DNA of 64,000 nt. Origin: Prorocentrum cordatum (Eukaryota). The stretch is from positions 1,922,001-1,986,000 of the forward strand of contig CAUYUJ010000002.1 in assembly GCA_963575745.1 (NCBI GenBank), in the 5' to 3' direction. Positions within the stretch are counted from its first letter, which is position 1; every line of letters begins with the position of its first letter. Shown here piece by piece: positions 1 through 11,130 of this stretch. The position numbers were made by a program, and so were the translations under genes. Below the pieces are notes generated by a model that had not been told where the DNA came from, ran no database searches, and saw only the letters and a list, made by a program, of their open reading frames with translations.

Positions 1-1210
1 GCCACGGTTGGATCATGCGAGAAAGGGAAGGCGAAGCTGGAGCCCGATAGCCCTTCCCACGACTCGGAGAACAAGGCAAACCTGGACTCCGACACCCTCA
101 GCGAGAAGTGCGAGAAAGGGGAGGCGAAGACGGAACCCGACATCATCAGCTACAGCGCTGGGATAAGGGCGCGCGGAAAAGGGGGGGCGAAGCTGGGGCG
201 CGAGAGGTGGGGGGCTCAGACAGAGCCCGACATCCTCAGCTACAGCGCTGAGATCAGGGCGAGCGAGATGGACAAGCTGGAACCAGACACCGCTAGCCAC
301 AGCACTGGGCACAGCACGTGCGAGAAGAGCGAGGCTACATGGTCGTCCCCGTTGCTGCGGCGCTGGCCCTGGTCAGAGCTGCGCGCGCGCGCGCAGAGGG
401 AAACCGACGCCATCAGCTACAACGCTGGAACCAGGGCGTGCGAGAAGGAGCAAGCGAAGCTGGAGCCAGATACCCTCCGCGAGAAGTGCGAGAAGGGAGA
501 GGCGAAGATAGAGCCCGACATCATCAGCTATAGCGATGAGACCAGGGAGCGCGAGAAGGGCGACGCGAAGCTGGAGCCCGACACCGCCAGCCAATGCAGT
601 GGAAACAGCGCGTGCGAGATGAGCGGAGACACGTTCAGCTGCAGCGCAGAGACCAGCGCGCTCGGGAAGGGGAAGGGGAAGGCGAAGCTGGAGCCCGACA
701 CCCCAGATCACAGCTCTGAGAACAGCGCGTGCGCGAAGTCGGGAGCGAATGTGGAGCCCGACGTGCGGGCGCGCGCCGAGGCTGAGGCCAGCGACCCTGA
801 GAACAGCGAGAGCGACCAGTGGGAGGCGAGGAGTGAGCCCGACACGGTCAGCTACAACGCAGCAGCCAGGGCTCGCGAGGCCCATGAGGCGGCGGAAGTC
901 GAAAGGTGGCTCATTGGCCTGTGCGGCCACACGTGCGGAGTACCCATGGTGGGCGTGGTACGGCAGCTGGAGCGAGACGGAGTCGACATCGAGTCCGTGG
1001 AAGCCTACTTGGCTTCCCGCCACTCCAAGAGCAAGAAGACGTTCCTCCTGGAAGGAGAGGGGCTCGTCTTTGCGCAGGCGCGCAAGGGATGCGAGAAGGA
1101 GGGGGGTGAAGCGGTCAGACACACGACACAGCGAGAAGTGCGAGAAGAGGGAGGCGAAGACGGAACCCGACATCATCGGCTACCGAGCTGGGAACAGGGC
1201 GTGCGAGCGA
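1..1210 (+). pseudogene. Degenerate PPR (pentatricopeptide)-derived tandem repeat region
   Basis: Repeated KLEPD(T/I)(I/A)SY(S/N)A..(S/R)ACEKG units (e.g. KIEPDIISYSDETREREKGDA, TDAISYNAGTRACEK) in ORF 268-1269 and adjacent frames; most units are ~21 aa rather than 35 aa; frames are broken. Confidence 0.7.
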
Positions 1211-1217
1211 GACGCAA

Positions 1218-1440
1218 GAGTCCAAGAACGGCCTCGAGAACTACTGCTTCACCATGCGCAACACGCTGAGGGAGAAAAGGGTCAACGAGACGTTCGAGGC
1301 CGGCGTAATGGAGCAAGGCGAGAAGCCAGTCCAGGACACCCTTGACAGGTTCGACAAGAACCAGCTCGCCGAGAGGGACGAGTTCGAGAGCAAGCGGAAG
1401 GAGCTGGAGGGCATGGTAAACCTTCTCACGCGGCAGCCGC
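1218..1440 (+). pseudogene. HSP70: Cytosolic HSP70 C-terminal (lid) fragment
   Basis: In-frame ESKNGLENYCFTMRNTLREKRVNETFEAG...VQDTLDRFDKNQLAERDEFESKRKELEGMVN matches the recalled HSP70 motif KNGLENYCFTMRNTL...LDKNQLAEKDEFEAKQKELEG; no ATPase domain, no EEVD tail. Confidence 0.9.
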
Positions 1441-1644
1441 TGACGAGAGAAGTGCGATAAGGGAAGAGAGCCTGACGCAACCAGCTACAGCGCTGCGATC
1501 GCGCGGGCAATGGAGAAGGGCGGACCTGTGAGAAGGACGCCCGAGGGCGCTGCGGGAAGCGCCAGCCGCCCCGCGCGCGCGCGCGAGGCCCGCGCGCGCG
1601 AGGCGGGACGCCAGGAAGCTGGCCGCTCGAAAGGGTCGAAAGGG

Positions 1645-2147
1645 CTCCTCCTCCTCCTCTTCCTCCTCCTCCTCCTCCTCCTCCTCCTCCTCCTCCTCCT
1701 CCTCCTCCAGGGCGGTTTGGGCGAGGCCGGGGGGGCATTGGGCCATGCCTTTCGGTAGGGTGGTCTCGCACAGCCCAGCCCGTAGGGCGGGGGCCGCCGG
1801 GTCTGCTGAATTGCGCCCCCCTTTGCTGCTGGCCCCCCCGGCGCTGAGCCATCGCGTGAATTCCCTGCGCTTCGCGCTCTGCTCGTCTGGGGCGCGCAAA
1901 GTCTGAGCGTTGCAAGCGCCCGCTCCCCTCCTCCTTTTCCTCCTCCTCCTCCTCCTCCTCCTCTCCTCGCTTTTCCCCTCTCCCTCTTCGCCCTCTCCCT
2001 CCGCCTCAATTCCCCTTGGTCCTCCTCTTCCGCTGCCGCTTCCGTCTCATATGTCTCCTCTTCTTTTTTCTTACTTCTCCAAATCATCATTCTTCTTCTC
2101 ATCCCCCTCCTCCTCCTCCTCCTCCGCCTCCTCTTCTTCCTCCTCCT
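1645..2147. repeat. (CCT)n microsatellite tracts
   Basis: CCT runs at ~1645-1707 and interrupted at ~1925-2147. Confidence 0.9.
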
Positions 2148-2310
2148 TGGGTCCATTCGGCGCCCTCCTGGGGGCCTCTTGGGCGCCTTGTTGGACCCTC
2201 TTGCGGTCTCTTGGGTGGTCCTGTGGCGCTTTGGGGCTGTCTTGGGGCGCGGTCTTGGGAGGGGGGTCCCTCGTGGGCCGAATTGGGGTTCCGATGGACC
2301 GTTTGGGATA

Positions 2311-2513
2311 GTTACTGACAGACCAACAACACACCCAAACCCATAGGGGGGGTCGGAGAGGGCTATGGGTGCGTGTTGTCGGATGGGGGTCCCCGCTCGA
2401 ACGGGAGCCATCCCCAGGGTCCGGCATCCGACAACCCGCACCCATACCCATAGCCAGTCTTCTTCCCAACGACCCCCTTATGGGTATGGGTGTCTGTTGT
2501 TCGTTCGTCAGTT
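2311..2513. repeat. ~200-bp imperfect inverted repeat (hairpin, MITE-like)
   Basis: actgacagaccaacaacacacccaaacccataggggg pairs with cccccttatgggtatgggtgtctgttgttcgttcgtcagt; inner tatgggtgcgtgttgtcggatg pairs with catccgacaacccgcacccata. Confidence 0.75.
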
Positions 2514-3786
2514 CTGGGGGCCTCTTCCGAAATTCAGGGGCCTGCTTAGCAATTCTCTCGGGTGTTTCTGAGGCGTCTTGAGGGCCATCTTGGAGGCATC
2601 TTGGATCGGCGAGAGTTCCCAGATACCCGAAAAGGCGAGACCTCAAAAATGCAAACATCGGCATAGGGTTGTCGAAGCCTTTGGCTTCTGGAATTCCTCT
2701 TCGGGCCGTCGGATAAGCAAGAGGAGAACAGGTCGGTGAAGACTGGGCGAAGGAGTAGAGGAGAGAAGCGAAAAGCATGCGGATAACATCAAAAATAGGT
2801 GGAAGGGCGAGGACATTGTGAACGAAGCATGTGACACGCAACGGCCATGGTTTGCTTGACTGAGGAGCCTGAATGCGGGGATTGGTTCGAAGACCCGCTG
2901 AGTGACGAGTTCTTGCCGGTCTTCTTGTCTGCTGAGGATGGGCAAACAGCTTAGCGGTTCCGCATTGCAGCCGGTAAGCAGTGGGGAATGTGTATCCCTC
3001 GGGATTGAGCCGGTTTGCAATATCATTTGGGGAAAGGCGTACAGGGTTAGGCCAAAGATGTTTGGACAGTCTTCTTTGTTGTGCGCATGGGTCAGCGATG
3101 TGGACGTACTACAGCCAAGACGCTGAAATAAAGCCCTAGCTGGTCCCAAGAGGGGCTCTTGTTTGCGGCCGTTTCGTAGGAAAAGGTCGGGGAGTTCACT
3201 CGTGGTCCAGCCTCGCATCCTGCCTTCATTGTGGTAGCCCGATGACTGTGCCTTGCCTCATGCGCCACACTCTATCGGCTCGTCGAGTGAACTCCAGAAC
3301 TTCTTGCTGCATCAGTCTGGAAGCGAACGCGGCGAGCAGATCGTGGCACTGCGTGTGCAAGGCAGACCGCGTGCATCGCGCCATGGTCTGGTTTCATACT
3401 TTATCCAGGTGTGGGGGCCTCCTGGCGGGTGCTGCGGGCCTCCCTTGAACCGTTTTTCCCCGAACAGTCTCTTCTGAGGAACTGTCCCTAAATGTCGGTC
3501 TGGCGCCTCCGTGGTCGCCGTCGCGGCCCCGTCGCCGCTTCGTCGCCGCCCGTCGTCTGGACCAGACTGTCGGTATGGCGGCTCCGTGCTCGCCGTCGCC
3601 ACCCCATCGCCGTTGTCGCGGCCCCGTCGCGGCCTCGCAAAGTTTGCACCACATAGTTTGCACTGCATAGCACTACATCGATTGCACCGCATACATTGCG
3701 CTAGCTTGATTCTCCTTTCTAATAAGAGAATAGACTCTACCCCCCCCCCCCCGGACTTAACGCTCCCCCTGGGATAGTATAATTGC

Positions 3787-3834
3787 ATATATATATATAT
3801 ATATGTATATATAATATATATATATATATATATA
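3787..3834. repeat. (TA)n microsatellite
   Basis: Direct reading. Confidence 0.95.
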
Positions 3835-3961
3835 TGCACACTCGTCCATCCTAAATATGAAATCATACCATCCCAGGCAGGCCGGGTTCCCCCCCCCTGA
3901 GGTCCCCTTGTAAAAAACACTATGCGGTGACATTTTTTGTTCCAACATAGCACTTTTTCAC

Positions 3962-4404
3962 GAATCCCTTGCAAAAAATGGGACGAAGTGCGCACGCGCG
4001 TGTCGTCGCGCGCATGCCGAAATCCTTCAAAAACCTTCGGTGCCGGAAGGATTTCGCAATCGAGTTTGCAAAAAAACATACAAAACACAGGGTTTTGCAA
4101 CACTGATTTGCTAAAAAAGCTTCCGCGCGAGCTCTTGCGAAATCTGAGGAAAACCATTGGTTTTTCAAGATTTTCACAAAATGCTACCAAACGGGCGTCG
4201 CGCGCGCGCATGACGAAATCTGTCGAACGCCCCTGCGCGTGTGCCGTCGCGAGAATCCTCTGCAAAAAATGGGACGAAGTGCAGACGCGCGCGTCGTCGC
4301 GCGCGTACGCCGAAATCCTTCAAAACCCATCGGTTTCGGAAGGATTTCAAGATCGCGCGTCCAAAAAACCTACAAAAACCCAAGGTTTCGCAACACGGAT
4401 CGCT
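3962..4404. repeat. Two ~150-bp direct repeats, each with a GAAATCCTTC...GAAGGATTTC hairpin
   Basis: 3962-4112 and 4253-4404 share tgcaaaaaatgggacgaagtgc...gaaatccttcaaaa...ggaaggatttc...gcaacac. Confidence 0.85.
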
Positions 4405-4408
4405 CTTG

Positions 4409-4439
4409 CGTCGTCGTCGTCGTCGTCATCCCTCTTCCC

Positions 4440-4471
<32 letters not shown>

Positions 4472-4482
4472 TTCTGTCTTTC

Positions 4483-4524
<42 letters not shown>

Positions 4525-5045
4525 TTGGCGTCGTCGTCGCTTCCGTCGTCGTTGTCGCCGTGGTCGTCTTTCCTCCCTCGTCGGCGTTTCGTCGTTGTCC
4601 CTCATATTTCGTCGCCGTCGTCGTCGTCGTCGTCGTCTTCACTCCTCCCTCGTCGTTATCCTCCTCGTCGTCGTCGTCGTCCGTCGTCGGCGTCTTGTCG
4701 TCGTCCCTCCTATTTCGTCGCCGTCGTCGTCGTCTTCGTCGTCGTTGTCGTCGTCTTCGTCTTCCCTCCTCCCTCGTCGTTGTCGTCGTCGGCGTCGCCG
4801 TCCTTCCTCCTTCTTCGTCGTTCGCGTCGTCGCCGTCTTCCCTCGTCCATCGTCGTTGTCGTCGTTGTCGCCGTCGTCGTCCTCCCTCCTCCCTCGTCGT
4901 CGTCTTCGTTGGCGACGTCGTCTTCGTCGTCGGCGTCGGCGTCGTCGTCGTCTTCGTCGACGTCGACGTCGGCGGTGTCGTCGTAGTCGGTGTCGGCGGC
5001 GCCGTCGTCGTCGTTGTCGCTGTCGTCGTCGGCGTTGGTGTCGTT
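4409..5045. repeat. Degenerate (GTC)n microsatellite
   Basis: Direct reading; generates spurious poly-R/S/V ORFs. Confidence 0.95.
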
Positions 5046-5172
5046 GCCAAGTGCCATGTGGTACCTACCGTCACGGTCTTAAGAGATTTTGCAAACCAAG
5101 TTGCGGGTGGGTGGGTGGGATGTTTGCGCGATCAGTGGAGTGGTCAAGCGCGGTGCAGGGTAGTCAATTTTC

Positions 5173-5490
5173 CCACATAGATTGCACCACATGTTTTGCA
5201 CAACATACATTGCACCACGTAGAGTGCACCGCAGATACAGTCGGGGCCCTGAAGAAGGAACCCTTTTCGTTGGGGAGGGGCTCCGTGTTCCTTGATTGTT
5301 TCACAGCTTGCCTCAGGTGTTCCCAAGGTTGTCGATGGGGAATCGAAGTTGAATTTGTGGATAGAAGGGGCCTCGTTCCTTATTTAGGGTTCCTTAGGTC
5401 AACGCCCCGACTGTATTACACCACATAGATTGCGCCACATAGATTGCTCCACCTAGATTGCCCAGCGTATTTTGCATTACAGATTCGAAT
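5173..5490. repeat. 14-bp minisatellite CCACATAGATTGCA in two clusters (related cluster at ~3640-3700)
   Basis: ccacatagattgca ccacatgttttgca caacatacattgca ccacgtagagtgca; ccacatagattgcg ccacatagattgct ccacctagattgcc. Confidence 0.8.
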
Positions 5491-5629
5491 GGCCTCTGGC
5501 CGCCGGCCAGTGCAGCCGATCCGTGGCGCTCTGGATGTTGGTGGTTGGCACGACGGCGGCGACGACGACGACGACGATGACGACCCCGACGCCGACAACG
5601 GAGGACTAACGATTAACGGGAGGACGGAG

Positions 5630-6630
<1,001 letters not shown>

Positions 6631-6633
6631 ACT

Positions 6634-7522
6634 TGTGGACCCCAGGGGGTGCTGGTTCACCAGCGGGTGCGCAGAATACAAGATGTTCTCTTTCATCGCT
6701 GATTTCTGACTCTGCCAGTTCGTTATCGGCCACTGCGCTCAAATATGCCAGCAACTCGGCCTGGGAGGCTGGAAGCAGCCAGAATGGGCCCCACTGGGGC
6801 CGAGGTGGGAGCCCGAGAGCTTCCCTGAGGAAGAACTCGGCAGTTTCAGCCAGACGACGCTCCCAAGAGTTCACGATGGAAGCCAGACTGCGGCCTCCCC
6901 TGGATCTGCGGCCGCCCCGGGCCACCATATACGAGGGGGATGGGAAGAACAGATGTGTTTCTCCAACCCCTTGCTTGAGCCAAAGTCCACAAACATGTAG
7001 ACTAAGAGCCAATCGCATGCAGGCGTGGATTCGCTCTGCATTTGGTTGGCCCCCTACCCCTACAGGCTCATGCTGGCGCAGTGTCGCTCGCATTCCCCTG
7101 TGAGGCGTGCTCGGGCCTGTGCCTGCTATGCTGCACAGCTGCTGACTCCTATATCCAGCTGTGCAGCCCGTTACAAAACAAATCGCTCAAAATGGTCCCG
7201 CGGCGTTCCGCTGTCCCATCGGCCCACGGGGCCAGGGGGAAAAAACACAACATTTCATCACACGGGCGTGGTCTCCTAAGCCCGGTCTTAAGTAACATGT
7301 TATACATATGCCGTGCTATGCTATGCCTCACGCACCGCACAGCACGGCAACGAAAATGTAACGACATTCGGCCCTGTCGAGGCTGATGCAACACAGTGGC
7401 AGCAAATAATGAACGCTGCGAAGGTATGCAACACAGTGGCAGCAAATAGTGCAGAACATCTGATCACGTGCGCTGTCATGCTATGCCTCATGCACCGCAC
7501 AACACTTCACCCCCCCCACACA
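6634..7522 (-). repeat. Copia-1 3' LTR
   Basis: tgtggaccccagggggtgc...cacttcacccccccccacaca; near-identical to 14098-14991 (roughly 3% differences by eye). Confidence 0.95.
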
Positions 7523-7534
7523 CTCTCCTCCTCT
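7523..7534 (-). other. Copia-1 polypurine tract
   Basis: Minus strand AGAGGAGGAGAG immediately precedes the 3' LTR. Confidence 0.85.
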
Positions 7535-7651
7535 GAAGCCGTGGTGGGGCCGCGGCTGCAGCAATCACCGTGCTCTATCTGGCGCGGTGGTGTGGGGGGG
7601 GAACCCTTGCACCTCAAAACACCTAAGCACGCCGATTCACTGACTGCGCCC

Positions 7652-9223
7652 TCAAGCCAGAGCCCGAAGCCCGAAGTGCTGCCGGATCCTCGCTACGTGC
7701 TGGACCCCGCCGCTTTTCGTTAGTCCGTCCGCGCGTTGCTCCTGGGTTTGTACGTAAAGCAGGTCAAGCAGCCCTCGCTGCACTCTGCTCCGGATCGCGT
7801 TCACCTTCGTGTTCAGGGCTCGCGTCCGCCAGCTGCCAACGCCAGAATTGACCTGGTTGGCCGCTTGATTGTCACCGTGCAACGTGGCGCGGATCCTGAG
7901 CATCATGCTCTCGAGGGTCGCACTCATCGAGCTCTGCATGGCCTCCCCGACGGCCAAGGAGTTGACCTCGGCCTCGCATGTGGAGAATGGCACAGTCGGC
8001 TGGCGCACCGAACGCCAATCCACGAGCGAGTCCCACAGGTAGGTCGCCACGCCAGTCTGTGCACCTACGTCTTCGAACGATGCATCGGCGAAAGTGTTGA
8101 CCGCGAACGTCCCCACGTCGGTGCCCTCGCCCCTCTCGTAGACGATGCCGTGACCGCGCGTGCCGGCGAGGTAGCGCAACACCTTCTTGCCAAAGGCCAG
8201 AGCAATCGCAGGCCTGCGAGTGGCCAAAGCCGCCACACGCGACGTGGCGTAAGAGATATCTGGGCGCGTGCGGCTAGCAAGCCACAGGAGGCCGCCAGCC
8301 ATGCGCTGGGCCAGGCTCACCTCGCTGAGGTCGACATCCCGCTCGTCGCCGTCGAAGTCAAGGAACTCCCTCTCGAGATTGATGGACCCGTTGGACTTGC
8401 AATCACACGGCCCCCACTTCTCCAGCATTTCCTCCAAGTAATTCTTCTGGGAGATGCTGATGTCCCCGCCCCCGACGGAGATGTCGATGGAAAGGTAGCG
8501 GACCGTGCCTGGGCGAGAGGGCCCAACGATCGGTTGGCCTGACGTTCTCCACAGCTCCCCGATGGACTGCTGCACTGCCTCCACCACGGCCCCCCTTCCG
8601 AGGATCAGGAAGTCGTCCACGTACGAGAGGAGATACCCTACCGGCTCCCCGGACTCGCTCTCAATGATCGGCCAAACTGCGGGGTCCGTTGATTGCACCA
8701 GCTTGCAGTCCTTGCCGCCGATGCGGACGACCATGCTCTCCAACTGTGAATCTCGTTCCTCCGCCCACGCGCGGGGCGACACCCGCAACCCGTAAATGGC
8801 TTTCTGGGCCACCCAGAGCTCCCCCTCCGGCACCAAGCCGAACTTGACCATGGCGGCTGGCGGACGGACGACCACCCGCTTGTGGTCGATAGGCAGCCAC
8901 GCGTTCAAGAACGCTGTGGAGACGTCCATGGCGCCGACGTCCCAAACTCGCTTTGCCGCGATCGCCAGCGCGGCCCACAGCGAGGAGACGTCGAGGTTCG
9001 CCGTGTACACAGGCTCCGAGCTGTCCGCCTCGAAGTTCCCGCACACGACTGCTCGCGCCTTCTTCCTGCGAAGGCCAGCTTCGTCGGGCGATTTGACGCC
9101 CGGCACGACCTTCCTTGGAAGGATGTCCTTGGCCTTCACCGTGGTCCGCTCGTGCTGCGTGAGGCTCGTGAAGACCTGCTTCTCCTGGATGCTGGTGAGC
9201 TCGTTTCGAGCGCCTGGCGCCAC
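7652..9223 (-). pseudogene. pol: Copia-1 reverse transcriptase + RNase H
   Basis: KKARAVVCG, DVSTAFLNA, KAIYGLRVSPRAW, SYVDDFLI, TRPDISYA, FADASF, STCEAE, DNQAA, QRADGLTK; frameshifted from the upstream integrase frame near 9200. Confidence 0.95.
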
Positions 9224-11130
9224 TCCTCGCGTTGGGCCCCGACGCTCTTTGACAAGACGCTCATAGGGACGATGTTCGTGCCGGAGTCGCGCACGATCTC
9301 CTTGAACTGCACTGGGATGTCGTCGTACTCGTCGTCGTCGTCATCCTCCTCCTTTTCCTTGGCGCCCATGGGGGCGACGGTCGAGTTGATCTCGTCGCGA
9401 TAGCGGAACATCTGCATGTGCACGCCCTCTGCCGAAGGAGTCACCGCTGTCGCTCTGGAAGCCGCAACTGCCGCACCAGGTCGGCATCGATGGTCCCGGG
9501 TGTGATCGACGTGCCGTCCTCGGCACGCCGGGCAAGACCATCTTGGCCCTGCGTTTGCACCAGCGTCGAAAGGAGGCCCCCGCACAGGTCCACGAAGAAG
9601 GGGACCAAGACGGCAGTGTGCATCGCGTGTGTGGGATCGGTGGGAGCGAGTCGTGCTCGCCGGGCACGTGATGTCCTTCAGGTCAGCTGAGAAGATGTCC
9701 TCTTTCTCCTCGCCTGCTCCTGCTGCTCCTGATCCTCCTCCTGGCTTTGCTGCCTCCTCGCTCTCCTCAGCGACTCCTCCTGGTCCTCCTCCCGGTCTTG
9801 CTGCCTCCTCGCTCTCCTCAGCGACTCCTCCTGGCACCTCAGCAGGGCGCGCTGGCGAGGGAACTACCACGTAGGAGCTGGAGGACTCGATGATCCACCT
9901 CCGCTCGGGCATCGTGGCCCTGGAGTCCACTCGCCCCACGAGCCATCCTCCTCCGCCCTCGTCGATCCCCAGAAAGACGCTCTCCACCGCCCTTGCCGCC
10001 TCAAAAAGGCTCCGTGGCACGTCCTTTACACGTGCCTTGACCGCTGCGCCGAAGGCTGGACAGCCCGTGGGGCGACCATCTGCCGCCGCCCTGGAGCACC
10101 AGGCGGCATGCTGCGTCGCGCACGCCCAGAGGGCCTGGCGATCCTCCATCGAGGGGAACGCGAGCAACATTGCCCTGGCTCGCTGCTTCACGAGCCCCAC
10201 GCCCTTCTCTGCTCTCCCATTCGCGTTGGACTCGTACCCCGGAGTGGAGGTCACGACGATCCCCTTTTCGGCAAAATGGGCGCGAACCCGCTCTCCAGTG
10301 AGCTCAGAGGCTCGGTCGCCATGCACGCGGTACACGACGTCGGCGCCCTCGAAGAGCCGTCGCAACTCCGCGATGATGCGGTTCAGCGCCTGGATGCACT
10401 TCTCCGGGTGCTTGCTTTCGAGCGGCACCGCGAAGTACCACGTCCTCCTCGCCTCGGAGCCTCCGTCGCCCTGCCCCTCGGCAGCGTCGTCATTCATGTT
10501 CCCGGAAGCCTCTCCGGGAACATGATCCGCAGGCTCCGCGATGATGGTTGGCTCGGGTTCGCCGCGATCCTCCGGCTGGCCCGGCCCCCTGGCTGGCCGC
10601 GCGGCCGCGCCGAGCGCTGCAGCCACTTGCGCGAGCAACCGTCGCACGGCCAAGCATCCAACCGGCGAGGTCGAGCCAGCTGCCACTGCGACCCCTGCAG
10701 CTCCTCCTGGTTGTGCGGGTGGTTCTCCTCCCACTCCTCCTGTTCCTCCAGCGTCCTCCTCAACGCCCGCATCGGCGCGAGCTGCCTCCTCGCGCAACGC
10801 GCGCGGCGCTAGGTCTGCGTCCGTGGCGACGGAGAACGCGCCAAGGAGGAATTAGGTGGCCTTCCGCCCAGCGTCTTCTGGCCGCCCACTGGGCCACCTG
10901 CCCGCGAGGTGCGGGCCAGATAAGTCCACCGACAGCTGCCCGCCAGGGCGGGTCGCCGCGTCGCGACGGAAGTGCGGTTTCATTCTGCCGGGGGCGCCGC
11001 GGCAGAGCCCGCAGTTCTTATCGAACTTCACGTGCCCGTTCTCCGCGTGCTCCCCCAGCGCTGGATGCGGCACTGCCCCTGCAGGCCGCGCCGCTGCCAT
11101 CGCGCGCAAACCTCGCGCGAGCGTCGCCAT
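9200..11130 (-). pseudogene. Copia-1 integrase and linker
   Basis: HHCC (HAENGHVKFDKNCGLC), LSVDLSGP, in-frame TAA at 10852-10854 in KAT*FLLGAF, acidic insert, YFAVPL, VHGDRASEL, NGRAEKGVGLVKQRARAML. Confidence 0.9.

Noticed and set aside
2643..3330. Possible decayed LINE 3' fragment on minus (GWTTS...LGC...CP)
   Set aside because: Motif similarity too weak to call without a profile search.
3937..5428. 300-400-aa Ser/Arg/Val-rich ORFs
   Set aside because: Translation of (GTC)n; the same applies to 46228-48198 and the (GA)n ORFs at 50067-51095.
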